From the NCBI GenBank assembly GCA_902625455.1, contig CACOBL010000002.1:561-64560 (forward strand): 64,000 nt of DNA, written 5' to 3'. Under the pieces are notes generated by a model that was not told the origin of the DNA, searched no databases, and was given only the letters and a program-made list of their open reading frames with translations. Positions 37,950 to 48,817 of the stretch are shown in pieces (the stretch's first letter is position 1; each line of letters starts with the position of its first letter). The translations under genes were made by a program, and so were the position numbers. This stretch comes from an uncultured Candidatus Actinomarina sp. Lineage in GTDB: Bacteria; Actinomycetota; Acidimicrobiia; Actinomarinales; Actinomarinaceae.

Positions 37950-38651
37950 ATGAGTAGGGTTCTACTAAAACTATCAGGAGAATCCTTTGCTGATACCAGT
38001 ACTAATTTTGGTATTGATCCAAGAGTTATTGAAAGAATTGCTTCTGAGATAACACAAGCTAACAATGAGGATATACAAATAGGTGTTGTTGTAGGTGGTG
38101 GTAATTTTTTTAGGGGCGTACAAGAATCTGCTAAAAATATGGCACAAGCAAACGCAGACTATATGGGAATGTTAGCAACTGTAATTAATGCTGTTGCTTT
38201 AAAAGATGCTTTAGATAAGAACGGTACACAAACTCGAGTTCAATCAGCCATAACTATGACTTCCGTAGCAGAACCTTATATTAGATTACGCGCAATAAGA
38301 CATCTTGAAAAAGGCAGAGTTGTAATCTTTGCTGCAGGTACAGGTAATCCATATTTTACAACAGATACAGCTGCCTCACTTCGGGCAGCAGAGATAGATG
38401 CAGATTTAATGTTAAAATCAACAAGAGTAAATGGTGTTTACGACAAAGATCCTGAAGTTAATGATAAAGCGGAGCTGTTTAATGAAATTTCATACAAGGA
38501 TGTTGTGTCTAGCAAATTAAAAGTTATGGATTTAACTGCCATAACATTATGTGAAGAGAACGAAATGCCAATAAGAGTATTTGATGGCACTAAAGAACAA
38601 AATATTTATAAAGCCCTTACTGGAGAAAAGCTTGGAACTTTAATTAAATAA
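37950..38651 (+). CDS. pyrH: UMP kinase
   Basis: '[12 protein letters not shown]' and '[10 protein letters not shown]'. Confidence 0.9.
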   Translation: MSRVLLKLSGESFADTSTNFGIDPRVIERIASEITQANNEDIQIGVVVGGGNFFRGVQESAKNMAQANADYMGMLATVINAVALKDALDKNGTQTRVQSAITMTSVAEPYIRLRAIRHLEKGRVVIFAAGTGNPYFTTDTAASLRAAEIDADLMLKSTRVNGVYDKDPEVNDKAELFNEISYKDVVSSKLKVMDLTAITLCEENEMPIRVFDGTKEQNIYKALTGEKLGTLIK

Positions 38652-39202
38652 TGAGTGAAATTCTTATAAAAGATATTGAACAAAAAATGATTAATTCAAT
38701 AAATCATTTAGTAGATGAATTTTCAACCATAAGAACAGGCAGAGCTAATCCATCACTAGTGGATAAATTGAATGTAGAGTACTACGGAACCAAGACACCA
38801 CTTCAACAACTTTCAACAATATCTGTTCCTGATCCAAAATTATTAGTTATACAACCTTTTGATAAAACAGCTTTAGAAGAGATAGAAAAATCAATATTAA
38901 ATGCAGATATTGGATTAAATCCAACTAATGATGGAGAAGTAATTCGTATACCAATACCTCCACTATCAGAAGAAAGAAGAAAAGAACTTGGTAAAGTAGC
39001 TTCCAAATCATCAGAAGATGCAAAAGTTTCAATTCGATCGCATCGTAGATATGGAATAGATGAAATCTCCAAATTAAAAGATGAAAACTCTGCTGATGAA
39101 ATAAAAAGGTTGGAATCAAAAGTACAAGAATTAACTGATAAATATGTAAATAAAATCGATGAATTGCTTTTGGTGAAACAAAATGAATTACTTGAGGTAT
39201 AA
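38651..39202 (+). CDS. frr: ribosome recycling factor
   Basis: 183 aa; 'FSTIRTGRANPSLVD'. Confidence 0.9.
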   Translation: MSEILIKDIEQKMINSINHLVDEFSTIRTGRANPSLVDKLNVEYYGTKTPLQQLSTISVPDPKLLVIQPFDKTALEEIEKSILNADIGLNPTNDGEVIRIPIPPLSEERRKELGKVASKSSEDAKVSIRSHRRYGIDEISKLKDENSADEIKRLESKVQELTDKYVNKIDELLLVKQNELLEV

Positions 39203-40100
39203 AAAATTATACCAATCAGATAATGATGGAACTTTTTGGCCTGGATACATTGAGCTTCCTGACGATAACGATCTAACTGAAATAGAGACAGCTAACAAAA
39301 ATTCATCATTTTTCTCATCAAATCCAAGACTTATAACTGGTTTAGCTTTACTGATTATTGTTGCTGTTATGTTTTCAAATAAAACTACAGCTTTAATTTT
39401 GTTGTTAATTGTTGGATTTATCGCTACAAAGGAATGGTTTGATATGTTTGAATACGAACGAATCGTTCCCTATCCTTTGTTGTTGTATGCAGCACTTGCA
39501 CCACTGTTAGTTGTTTATTTTTTTGGTTTAAACAATTTTCACATTCCTTATTTAGTATTTCCTGTAGGGGTGATTATTTACACAGGAACTTTCGTGACGT
39601 ATGGTATCTATGATAAATTCGGCAGTTCATTTTTGTTTATAGTTTGGTTTGGAACTGGATTGGCATCTATAGGTTTTTCGCTAAATAATTTTGGACCTTT
39701 ATTTACTTTTCTATTATTAATTTCAATATCAATTAATGACGTTGCTGCATACGAGTTTGGTAGAAGATATGGCAAGAGAAAGTTAGCTAAAAATATATCA
39801 CCTAATAAGACAGTTGAAGGCTTTCTAGCTGGATTATTTTTAGGATCTGTTTTTGTTTTTTTTGTACTAAATTATTTTTTAAATATTACTTTTGCTCAAA
39901 TAATATTAATTTCTATATTGTTTTCCATATTTGGAACATTGGGAGATTTATTTGAGTCAAAAATTAAACGATCAATTGAACTTAAGGATACGAGTACTTT
40001 TTTGCCAGGTCATGGTGGAGTTCTTGATAGAATCGATTCACAGTTATTAAGCTTTCCAATATTTCTTCTTTTTGTGCAGTTTTTAGATTTAATTCAATAA
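39183..40100 (+). CDS. cdsA: phosphatidate cytidylyltransferase
   Basis: C-terminal 'SPNKTVEGFLAG...FLPGHGGVLDRIDS'. Confidence 0.8.
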   Translation: MNYLRYKKLYQSDNDGTFWPGYIELPDDNDLTEIETANKNSSFFSSNPRLITGLALLIIVAVMFSNKTTALILLLIVGFIATKEWFDMFEYERIVPYPLLLYAALAPLLVVYFFGLNNFHIPYLVFPVGVIIYTGTFVTYGIYDKFGSSFLFIVWFGTGLASIGFSLNNFGPLFTFLLLISISINDVAAYEFGRRYGKRKLAKNISPNKTVEGFLAGLFLGSVFVFFVLNYFLNITFAQIILISILFSIFGTLGDLFESKIKRSIELKDTSTFLPGHGGVLDRIDSQLLSFPIFLLFVQFLDLIQ

Positions 40101-40116
40101 GTGTAATAATTAAACT

Positions 40117-41220
40117 ATGAATGCTATTGTAACTATTTTGCTTCTCACATTGTTTGTAGTACTACACGAGTTAGGTCACTATATTTCCGCGCGAAGATCT
40201 AAAATTGCAGTATCAGAATTTTTTGTTGGTTTCGGTCCTAAGTTGTTTTCATTCAAAAAAAACAATACTGAATATGGATTAAAAGCTATCTTATTAGGTG
40301 GATATGTAAAAATACCTGGAATGGATGAAAACGAGGTTGTATCAGATTATACAAGTAAAGAATTGTTTCATACAGCATCATGGACAAAGAAACTTTACAT
40401 TGCTTCATCAGGAATTTTGGTAAATTTTTTTCTTGCTTGGATAATTTTGTTCTCTATTTTTGCTTTCTATGGAATTGATCAACCAACATTGGAAATAGAA
40501 ACAATTGGCAATTCAATAACTAATCCAAATGGAGATGCTCCTTCTAAAAAGGCTGGTCTTTTACCAGGTGACATCATTTATTCATTTAACGGTACAGAAG
40601 TTAAAACCTGGGACGAGCTGGTATCAATTATTGAAGAAAATCCTAATAAAAATATTTCGATCGGATATTTTAGAAATTCTCAAATGTATTTAACTACCAC
40701 TAAATTAGAATCAAGAAACCTTAATAATCAGAACTTTGGATACCTGGGGGTCTCACCTGTATTAGAAAAACAAACTCTTGGTTTATTTCAAGCAATTTCT
40801 GCAACAACGCTTGTAGAGATTGATATGACGAAAGCTGCTGTGAAAGGAATTCTTACTTTATTCAATCCCTCAACACTGGAAGCATTACTAGGCACTTACA
40901 CTGGTGAAACAATTCCAGACGAAGTAAGACCTTTAAGTCCAATTGGTTTGGCTCAGGCAGGGAATCAAATAGCTGAAGGTGGCTATGTAAACTTATTTAG
41001 CTTACTTGCTTTTGTTAATATTTTCTTAGCTGTTTTTAACTCAATACCATTAGTTCCATTGGATGGTGGAAGAATAGTTTTAGCTTTATATGAGGGAATA
41101 ACAGGTAAAAAAATTGAAGACAAAAAATTATATCCAATTGCTGCAGTTGTAATTTTTATCTTTGTATTCTTAGGAATAACTGCATTTTATCTTGATATTA
41201 CGCAACCAATAAGATTATGA
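40117..41220 (+). CDS. rseP: RIP metalloprotease RseP (site-2 protease with PDZ domain)
   Basis: 'HELGHY' HExxH in TM1, a central PDZ-like segment, and C-terminal 'LPLVPLDGG'. Confidence 0.75.
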   Translation: MNAIVTILLLTLFVVLHELGHYISARRSKIAVSEFFVGFGPKLFSFKKNNTEYGLKAILLGGYVKIPGMDENEVVSDYTSKELFHTASWTKKLYIASSGILVNFFLAWIILFSIFAFYGIDQPTLEIETIGNSITNPNGDAPSKKAGLLPGDIIYSFNGTEVKTWDELVSIIEENPNKNISIGYFRNSQMYLTTTKLESRNLNNQNFGYLGVSPVLEKQTLGLFQAISATTLVEIDMTKAAVKGILTLFNPSTLEALLGTYTGETIPDEVRPLSPIGLAQAGNQIAEGGYVNLFSLLAFVNIFLAVFNSIPLVPLDGGRIVLALYEGITGKKIEDKKLYPIAAVVIFIFVFLGITAFYLDITQPIRL

Positions 41221-42440
41221 AAATAGATAGAAGAAAAACAAGACAAATTCAAATAGGAAAAGTTGGTATCGGTTCCAATTTTCCTATATCTGTTCAATCT
41301 ATGACAACAACAAAAACAAAAGACGTAGAATCCACACTTGCTCAGATATATGAAATAGCATCTAATGGTGCAGATATTGTGAGAGTTACATGCAATGAAG
41401 TAGATGCTGCAACAGGACTGGTGGAAATTACTAAAAGAAGTCCAGTACCAATAGTTGCTGATATACATTTTCAGTACAAATTAGCTCTTGCAGCTATTGA
41501 AGCAGGAGTAAATGGATTAAGACTAAATCCTGGAAACATTCGAAAAGAACAGCAAATTAAAGAAGTAGCCAAAGAGGCTTTACTAGCAAATATACCTATC
41601 AGAATTGGTGTTAATGGTGGTTCTCTAGATAAAGATTTACTTGAAAAATATGGTGATGCTACACCTGAAGCATTGGTTGAATCTGCACTTAAGGAACTTA
41701 AGTATCTTGAAGATGTTGGATTTTATGATATTAAAATTTCAGTAAAACATTCGAATGTACCATTGATGATAGAGTCATATCGGCTATTAGCTGAAAAAGT
41801 TGATTACCCCTTACATCTTGGCGTTACAGAAGCAGGACCATTACCTGGTGGGTTAATAAAATCAACTGCAGGAATTGGAACACTATTAAGTGAAGGTATT
41901 GGTGATACTATTCGTTATTCTTTAACAACCAATCCTATTGAAGAAGCAAAAAGTGGTAGGTCACTATTAGAGTATCTTGGTTTAAGAGAGAGAAACTCTC
42001 TGGATTTAATTGCATGCCCAAGTTGTGGTAGAGCTGAGGTTGATGTAATTAAAGTAGCTGAAGAGGCTCAAAATGCATTAGACAATGAAAACATTCCTTT
42101 ACAAGTTGCTGTCATGGGATGTGTTGTGAATGGTCCGGGTGAAGCTAGGTCTGCAGATTTAGGCATTGCAGCAGGAAAAAATAAAGGACACTTATTTATA
42201 AAAGGTGAAGTAGTAAGAGTTGTAAATGAAAAAGAAATGGTGGATGCCTTACTTACAGAGGCAAGGTTGATAGTTGAAGAAGGTATTGAAGCTAGACTTG
42301 CAGCAGCAGATAAAAATGCACCAGAACTTGCCCAAAAAGATGTAAATGAACTAATTAACTCCCAAGGAGATATAAATAATTTTTTAGATAGAAAAAAATC
42401 AGTAGTGGAGATATCCTCAAACACTGAAATTGAAAATTAA
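41217..42440 (+). CDS. ispG: 4-hydroxy-3-methylbut-2-en-1-yl diphosphate synthase (flavodoxin)
   Basis: 'IQIGKVGIGSNFPISVQSMTTT' and C-terminal 'CPSCGR' / 'MGCVVNGPGE' [4Fe-4S] cysteines. Confidence 0.9.
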   Translation: MKIDRRKTRQIQIGKVGIGSNFPISVQSMTTTKTKDVESTLAQIYEIASNGADIVRVTCNEVDAATGLVEITKRSPVPIVADIHFQYKLALAAIEAGVNGLRLNPGNIRKEQQIKEVAKEALLANIPIRIGVNGGSLDKDLLEKYGDATPEALVESALKELKYLEDVGFYDIKISVKHSNVPLMIESYRLLAEKVDYPLHLGVTEAGPLPGGLIKSTAGIGTLLSEGIGDTIRYSLTTNPIEEAKSGRSLLEYLGLRERNSLDLIACPSCGRAEVDVIKVAEEAQNALDNENIPLQVAVMGCVVNGPGEARSADLGIAAGKNKGHLFIKGEVVRVVNEKEMVDALLTEARLIVEEGIEARLAAADKNAPELAQKDVNELINSQGDINNFLDRKKSVVEISSNTEIEN

Positions 42441-42458
42441 AACCTTTAATATATACAC

Positions 42459-43889
42459 ATGGTTGAAAAAATTACTCCGATGTCAGAAGACTTCAATGAG
42501 TGGTATACCGATATTATTCAACAAGCAAAATTAGCTGATTATTCTCCTGTAAAAGGAACAATGGTCATAAGGCCATATGGATATTCACTCTGGGAAGGAG
42601 TCCAAGCTTACCTTGATAAAAAGTTTAAAGAAACTGGACACGAAAATGCTTATTTTCCACTATTTATACCTAATTCATTTATCCAGAAAGAAGCGGAGCA
42701 TGTAGAAGGTTTTTCACCTGAATTAGCAACAGTTACACATGCTGGTGGGAAAGAACTTGAAGAGCCATTAGTTGTAAGACCAACATCTGAAACAATTATT
42801 AATCACATGTTTGCAAAATGGATAAAAAGTCATAGGGATTTACCAATGTTGATAAATCAATGGGCAAATGTTGTCAGATGGGAAATGAGAACTAGATTGT
42901 TTCTAAGAACATCAGAATTTCTGTGGCAGGAAGGTCATACTGCACATAGAACTCAAGAAGAAGCAACAAATGAAGCATTACAGATGTTAAATATATATGC
43001 GGAGTTTGCAGAAAATGCAGCTGGAGTATCTGTTGTCAAGGGTATAAAGTCCGCTAATGAAAGATTTGCTGGGGCTAAAACAACTTATTCTATTGAAGCA
43101 ATGATGAAAGATATGAAAGCATTACAAGCTGGTACATCGCATGAGTTGGGTCAGAATTTCTCAAAAGCTTTTGAAATTCAATATTCTGATGAAAATAACG
43201 AGTTACAGCATCCATATCAAACTAGCTGGGGAGTGAGTACTCGATTAATAGGAATGATAATAATGGCACATGGTGACGATAAAGGCTTACAACTTCCTCC
43301 AAAATTAGCACCTACTCAATCAGTTATTATCCCAATAATTCCTAATGAGGACAGTAAATCAGATGTTTTACAAACAGTTAATAATTTACATAAAGAATTA
43401 AATGAAAATTACAGAATCAAAATAGATGATAGGGATAATATTTCACCGGGCTATAAATTTAATGAGTGGGAGTTAAAAGGAGTTCCGATAAGAATTGAAA
43501 TAGGGCCAAAAGATATAGAACAAAATTCTGTTGTTTTTTCAAGGAGAGATGGTATCAACGGTAAAAATTCGATACCTATAAATGGTGCATCCCAAAAATT
43601 AGGTGAAAATTTAGATGATGTACAAGCTAAATTATTAAAGACTTCAAAGGATTTTAGACAAAACAATACGATACATGTGGACAATAAAGCAGAATTAATT
43701 GATACATTAAATTCAACTCCAGGCTTTGTTACATGTTACTGGAGTGAAAATACATCAGATGAGATAGAAATTAAAGATTTAACTAAAGCTACGCTCAGGT
43801 GTTATCTTTTCGATAATGAAGACACTGGCAAAGCTGTAAATAATGAATTAGTAGAGGGAAAAAAAGCAATTTTTTCAAAGGCATATTAA
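42459..43889 (+). CDS. proS: proline--tRNA ligase, archaeal/eukaryotic-like type (no insertion/editing domain)
   Basis: 476 aa; N-terminal 'FNEWYTDIIQQAKLADYSPVKGTMVIRPYGYSLWE'. Confidence 0.85.
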   Translation: MVEKITPMSEDFNEWYTDIIQQAKLADYSPVKGTMVIRPYGYSLWEGVQAYLDKKFKETGHENAYFPLFIPNSFIQKEAEHVEGFSPELATVTHAGGKELEEPLVVRPTSETIINHMFAKWIKSHRDLPMLINQWANVVRWEMRTRLFLRTSEFLWQEGHTAHRTQEEATNEALQMLNIYAEFAENAAGVSVVKGIKSANERFAGAKTTYSIEAMMKDMKALQAGTSHELGQNFSKAFEIQYSDENNELQHPYQTSWGVSTRLIGMIIMAHGDDKGLQLPPKLAPTQSVIIPIIPNEDSKSDVLQTVNNLHKELNENYRIKIDDRDNISPGYKFNEWELKGVPIRIEIGPKDIEQNSVVFSRRDGINGKNSIPINGASQKLGENLDDVQAKLLKTSKDFRQNNTIHVDNKAELIDTLNSTPGFVTCYWSENTSDEIEIKDLTKATLRCYLFDNEDTGKAVNNELVEGKKAIFSKAY

Positions 43890-43951
43890 AAAAGGCTTTA
43901 AATAAACTTTACTATTTGGTACACTACTTTAGAGACAATTTAACTATGTAT

Positions 43952-43976
43952 AGTGGGTTTCAAACCCGCTTTTTTT
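43952..43976 (+). terminator. rho-independent terminator downstream of proS
   Basis: AGTGGGTT-tca-AACCCGCT stem followed by TTTTTT. Confidence 0.6.
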
Positions 43977-43980
43977 ATGA

Positions 43981-44466
43981 ATGGAGGTTTATATGGTTTC
44001 TGAAAAAGAAATCTTTAATGCTTTCGATTTATATCTAAGTGAAGAAAATCTTGAACTTTACGACCTTAACATAGTAAATTATCCAGATATCTCAAGAGTT
44101 GAAGTATTCATTGTAAGTGAAAATGAAATAGATATAGATTTAACTTCAAGATTAAATAAACAATTTCAAAGGCTTCTTGAAAATATTGGTATTGAAAAAG
44201 GTTCATATGAAATGATTGTTTCAAGTCCAGGTATTGAAAGAAAGTTAAAAACAAATAGACATTTTGAGCTTGCTCTCGGTCAACTCGTAAAAATTAAATT
44301 ATATGAGCCCATTGACCAACAATATGTTTTAGAGGGCTTAGTAGGATCTACTAGTGAAAAAAATGTTAACTTAATTATCAACTCAGTAGATGTAATAATA
44401 AATTTTTCTAATATCAAAAGCGCAAAAATTGAATACAAAAAATTTAAAGAAAAAGTAAAAGGATAA
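43981..44466 (+). CDS. rimP: ribosome maturation factor RimP
   Basis: About 160 aa, immediately upstream of nusA, with a DUF150-like composition. Confidence 0.7.
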   Translation: MEVYMVSEKEIFNAFDLYLSEENLELYDLNIVNYPDISRVEVFIVSENEIDIDLTSRLNKQFQRLLENIGIEKGSYEMIVSSPGIERKLKTNRHFELALGQLVKIKLYEPIDQQYVLEGLVGSTSEKNVNLIINSVDVIINFSNIKSAKIEYKKFKEKVKG

Positions 44467-44468
44467 AG

Positions 44469-45500
44469 ATGAAATTAGGTAATGAAAGTAAACAAGCAAT
44501 TGAGTCATTAGCACTTGAAAAAGGTGTAGCTGTAGAAAGCATGTATGAAGCATTAGTATCAGCATTTAGATCTGCTTACATGCGGATACCAGGAGCTGCT
44601 GAAGAAGCAAGAGTTACATTAAACCCAGATTCTGGAGAAGTTCTTATTTATGCTCAAGAATTAGATAATGAAGGAAATGTTATTGAAGAATGGAAAGTTG
44701 AATTAGATGAAGATGAGTTTGGGAGAATTGCTGCACAATCATTTAAGCAAATGATGACCACAAAAATTAGAGATGCAAAACGTGCAACAGTTCTTGAAGC
44801 CTACATTGGCAGAGAAGGAGAGCTTGTCACTGGTATAGTAACTCAATTTGATCCAAGGTTTAATCAAACAATACTCGATCTTCAAGATGCCGAAGCTGTT
44901 ATACCTGCTGGTGAAAGAGTGCCCTTTGAGAGATTAGAAAGAGGAAATAGAGTAAAAGCTTTAATCACCGAAGTTAGAGAAGATGCAAAAGGCGTACCAA
45001 TTATTGTAAGTAGAAGTAGAGCAGAATTTGTTCAAAGAATGCTTGAACTTGAAGTTCCTGAACTCACAGATGGAACAGTTGAATTAAGAGCGATAGCCCG
45101 AGAACCAGGAAGCCGAACTAAAATTGCAGTATTTTCTAACGACCCAAATGTAGACCCTAAAGGAGCTTGTGTCGGATCACGAGGTAACAGAGTTAGGCAA
45201 ATTGTAAATGAGTTAAGAGGAGAAAAACTTGATGTTGTTGAATGGAGAGAAGATAAAGTTCGTTTTATAAAAGAAGCATTAGGACCTGCAGATATTGATG
45301 AAGTTGAGATTGATGAAGATTTAAAGTCTGCAAAAGTTGTTGTTAAAGATAGTCAATTGTCACTTGCTATAGGCAAAGAAGGCCAGAATGCAAGATTAGC
45401 GGCAAAATTAACAGGCTACAAAATTGATATAGAAGGTTTAGGTGATTCACCTCAAGAAGAATTAGAGGTGTCAGAAGAAGTAAAAAACGAGGAAGAATAA
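44469..45500 (+). CDS. nusA: transcription termination/antitermination factor NusA
   Basis: S1 domain followed by tandem KH domains ('GACVGSRGNRVRQIVNELRGEKLDVV'). Confidence 0.9.
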   Translation: MKLGNESKQAIESLALEKGVAVESMYEALVSAFRSAYMRIPGAAEEARVTLNPDSGEVLIYAQELDNEGNVIEEWKVELDEDEFGRIAAQSFKQMMTTKIRDAKRATVLEAYIGREGELVTGIVTQFDPRFNQTILDLQDAEAVIPAGERVPFERLERGNRVKALITEVREDAKGVPIIVSRSRAEFVQRMLELEVPELTDGTVELRAIAREPGSRTKIAVFSNDPNVDPKGACVGSRGNRVRQIVNELRGEKLDVVEWREDKVRFIKEALGPADIDEVEIDEDLKSAKVVVKDSQLSLAIGKEGQNARLAAKLTGYKIDIEGLGDSPQEELEVSEEVKNEEE

Positions 45501-47522
45501 ATGGCAAAAAAGCGAATTCATCAAATCGCTAAAGAATTAGATGTTGCTTCAGCTGATGTACTTTTTCATGCAAAAGAGTTAGGTTTTGAAGTTAAAACAG
45601 CTTCATCTGGTTTAACTGGTGAAGAGGAGGAGTTAGTTAAACTATCTTTATTTCCTGAAGTTGAAGAAAAGAAAGATGTAGTCGAAGACAAGAAAGATAA
45701 ACCTGAAGAACAAAACATATCAGCTGATGAAAATAAACAAATTGAAAAAGAACAAGATGATATTTCTATAGAAATTATTGAAATAACATCAAATTCATCA
45801 CCCAAAAATCTAGGTGAAATAATAGATATTGATGCTACACAGATTGTTGCTGATCTGATGGGGCTAGGCATTATGAAAGCTATTGATACTCCTTTAGAAA
45901 ATAGCGAAATTGAACAACTTCTAGAAAAATACAATTTAATTGCAGAATTCGTAGAACCTGTATCAATTCAAAGGGCAGACATAATCGAAATTGAAAAGTT
46001 TGAAGATGACCCAGATAAATTAACACTAAGAGCTCCGATAATTACTGTAATGGGACATGTCGATCATGGTAAAACTAGTTTGTTGGATTATATTAGAAAT
46101 GAAAAGGTTGCTGATGGTGAGGCTGGAGGAATAACTCAACATGTAGGAGCATACAAAGTTGAGTCAGGTGAAACGGGAATTACGTTTATAGATACTCCTG
46201 GACACGAAGCTTTTACTCAAATGCGTGCAAGAGGAGCAAACGTTACAGATATTGTGGTTTTAGTGGTTGCCGCAGATGATGGTGTTATGCCCCAAACAAT
46301 AGAAGCAATAAATCATTCTACGGCAGCAGAAGTACCTATAGTTGTTGCAATAAACAAATGTGATTTACCAGAAGCTAACCCATCTTTAATAAAGGCAGAT
46401 CTTACAAAATATGGTGTGATAACTGAAGATTTGGGTGGAGATGTTCCAGCCGTTGAAGTATCAGCATTAAAGGGAACCGGTATTGATGACCTACTTGAGA
46501 CACTATCACTAGTAGCTGAAATCGAAGAACTAAAGTCAAACTTTAATACTCAAGCCTCTGGTTATATTGTCGAATCAAGAATGGAAGTAGGGAGAGGAAA
46601 TGTAGCTACAGTCATCGTAACTAGGGGAACACTTAAGCAAGGAGATTTTCTTTATGCTGGGCAAGCATTTTGTAGAGTAAAATCAATGTTTGACCACAAT
46701 AACAAAACTCATAAAAATATTGTTCCAGGTTCCCCAATTGACATAATTGGATGGGATGAATCTCCGACTGCAGGCGATCAGTTTATAGTTGAAAAAAATC
46801 AGAAAATTGCAAAATCAAAAGCTGAAGAAAATAAAAATAAACTTAAACAGCACGAAGACTCTTCATTTTCTGTTGAGTCAAGAATGTCAGATATGATGAA
46901 GCTTCTTCAAGAAGGAGAATTAAACACGGTCAATGTAATCTTGAAAGCAGATACTAACGGTTCTGTTGAGGCTATCAAAGACGGAATAACAAAATTAGCA
47001 ACCGATGATGTTAATATACAAATCGTTCATTCAGCTGTTGGTGGTGTTGTATTATCAGATGTAGATTTAGCCGGTGCAACAAATTCATTAATTATTGGTT
47101 TTAATGTAAGACCAGATAGTCAATCTAGAAATATGGCACAAAGCAAAGGAATTGATATTAGAACATATAACATAATTTATGAACTTTTAGATGATGTTGC
47201 AGAAGCTGTATTAGGTGAAATGACTATTAAAACAGAAGAGGCTGTTATCGGAATGGTAGATGTTAAGACAACATTTAGAGCACCAAAAGTAGGCGTGGTC
47301 GCTGGATCTATCGTTACTGAAGGTAAGGTTGAGATTGATGCAAAGGCCAGATTATTACGTGGTGGAGTTGTGATTTATGAAGGTTCTGTAGTTTCTTTAA
47401 GAAGATTTAAAGATAATGTAGAGGTAGTCAACGAAGGATTAGAGTGTGGTATTGGCCTAACAGATTATAAAGACATTAAAGAGGGAGATACCATCGAAAT
47501 ACTTGGCGAAGTTGAGGTATAA
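45501..47522 (+). CDS. infB: translation initiation factor IF-2
   Basis: G-domain '[14 protein letters not shown]', 'DTPGHEAF' and 'NKCD'. Starts one nt after the nusA stop. Confidence 0.9.
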   Translation: MAKKRIHQIAKELDVASADVLFHAKELGFEVKTASSGLTGEEEELVKLSLFPEVEEKKDVVEDKKDKPEEQNISADENKQIEKEQDDISIEIIEITSNSSPKNLGEIIDIDATQIVADLMGLGIMKAIDTPLENSEIEQLLEKYNLIAEFVEPVSIQRADIIEIEKFEDDPDKLTLRAPIITVMGHVDHGKTSLLDYIRNEKVADGEAGGITQHVGAYKVESGETGITFIDTPGHEAFTQMRARGANVTDIVVLVVAADDGVMPQTIEAINHSTAAEVPIVVAINKCDLPEANPSLIKADLTKYGVITEDLGGDVPAVEVSALKGTGIDDLLETLSLVAEIEELKSNFNTQASGYIVESRMEVGRGNVATVIVTRGTLKQGDFLYAGQAFCRVKSMFDHNNKTHKNIVPGSPIDIIGWDESPTAGDQFIVEKNQKIAKSKAEENKNKLKQHEDSSFSVESRMSDMMKLLQEGELNTVNVILKADTNGSVEAIKDGITKLATDDVNIQIVHSAVGGVVLSDVDLAGATNSLIIGFNVRPDSQSRNMAQSKGIDIRTYNIIYELLDDVAEAVLGEMTIKTEEAVIGMVDVKTTFRAPKVGVVAGSIVTEGKVEIDAKARLLRGGVVIYEGSVVSLRRFKDNVEVVNEGLECGIGLTDYKDIKEGDTIEILGEVEV

Positions 47523-47531
47523 CAAAATAAA

Positions 47532-47879
47532 ATGAGTGAGCAAACGCGAGGAGGACGAATAAATAGAATCAACCCGCTTATTCATCAAATTATTTCAAAT
47601 GCATTACTCAGAAATTCAGATCCACTTCTTAACAAGGCAACAGTTACTCATGTCTCGACTTCTCCTGATTTAAAGAAATGTATTGTCTTCGTATCAACAT
47701 TAGAGTCAAATGAGGGTAGTTTAAAAATATCTTTAGAAAAAAACAGAAATAAAGTCCAAAGAATCCTTAGTAAAGAAATGACAACTAGAAATGTTCCAAA
47801 AATAATATTCGAAATAGACAATACACTTAACAATGTTTCAAGGATTAATCAATTAATAGAAAAGGTAAATAAAGATTGA
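47532..47879 (+). CDS. rbfA: ribosome-binding factor A
   Basis: 115 aa in the conserved position after infB. Confidence 0.85.
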   Translation: MSEQTRGGRINRINPLIHQIISNALLRNSDPLLNKATVTHVSTSPDLKKCIVFVSTLESNEGSLKISLEKNRNKVQRILSKEMTTRNVPKIIFEIDNTLNNVSRINQLIEKVNKD

Positions 47880-48817
47880 GTGAATTATTTTTAAATTTAG
47901 AAAATAAAAAAATACTTATAACTGGTCACGTTAATCCAGATGGAGATGCGCTTGGTTCAGCATTAGCGTATAAAATCATCCTGAATGAATTAGGTATAGA
48001 ATCTGATGTTTGTTTTGATATAAAGGGGTCATTACCTTCAAACTTAAATCATCTTCCTTTTGATCTTATTGATGACTCCGTAGCTAACCAATATGACAGA
48101 GTCTTCGTATTTGATTGTGGAAATTCTGATAGATTGGGAAAGTATGAATATTTAGCTAGTGAAGCTAAAGAAGTTGTAGTAGTTGACCATCATATAAATC
48201 CAACATTTGGTGACATTAAAATTATCGACACTACTGCAGCAAGCACAACGCAGGTTTTGTTCAGAGAAATAAAAAAATATGGATATGAGATATCGAAAGA
48301 AATTGCTAATTGCCTTATGACAGGGCTTGTTACTGATACAGGAAGATTCCAATATTCTAATACAGATTCTGAGGTTTTTAATATCGCTTCAGAATTGATG
48401 TTGGCTGGAGCAGAGTTAACAAAAATAAGCGAAAATATTTATGGCTCAATTGAAATGAGTGGCGTAAAAATGCAAAGCTTGATAATTGATCGTATAGAAT
48501 TAGATGAAGAAATAGCTCTTGTAACTTCATTTGTTCTTCAAGAAGATTATAAAAGGTTTGGAGTAAAAGAGTCAGAAGTTGACTTCTTAATTGATGTAAT
48601 TCGATTAGTCAAAGAATCAAATGTAGCGTTACTTGTTAAAGAACAAATCGATGGAACTTTTAAAGGCAGTTTGAGATCAAGAAATGATATTGATGTACAA
48701 TTAGTTGCTTCAGAATTTGGTGGTGGTGGCCATAAGGCTGCATCTGGTTTTTCTTCTAGTGAAAGTTTTGAAAAGATTAAATTAAGAGTGAAGAAATCAA
48801 TTGAATCTCAGTTCTAA
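47876..48817 (+). CDS. nrnA: DHH-family phosphoesterase (NrnA-like oligoribonuclease/pAp phosphatase)
   Basis: 'ITGHVNPDGDALGS' (DHH motif I), 'VVDHH' and 'GGGH'. Confidence 0.7.
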   Translation: MSELFLNLENKKILITGHVNPDGDALGSALAYKIILNELGIESDVCFDIKGSLPSNLNHLPFDLIDDSVANQYDRVFVFDCGNSDRLGKYEYLASEAKEVVVVDHHINPTFGDIKIIDTTAASTTQVLFREIKKYGYEISKEIANCLMTGLVTDTGRFQYSNTDSEVFNIASELMLAGAELTKISENIYGSIEMSGVKMQSLIIDRIELDEEIALVTSFVLQEDYKRFGVKESEVDFLIDVIRLVKESNVALLVKEQIDGTFKGSLRSRNDIDVQLVASEFGGGGHKAASGFSSSESFEKIKLRVKKSIESQF

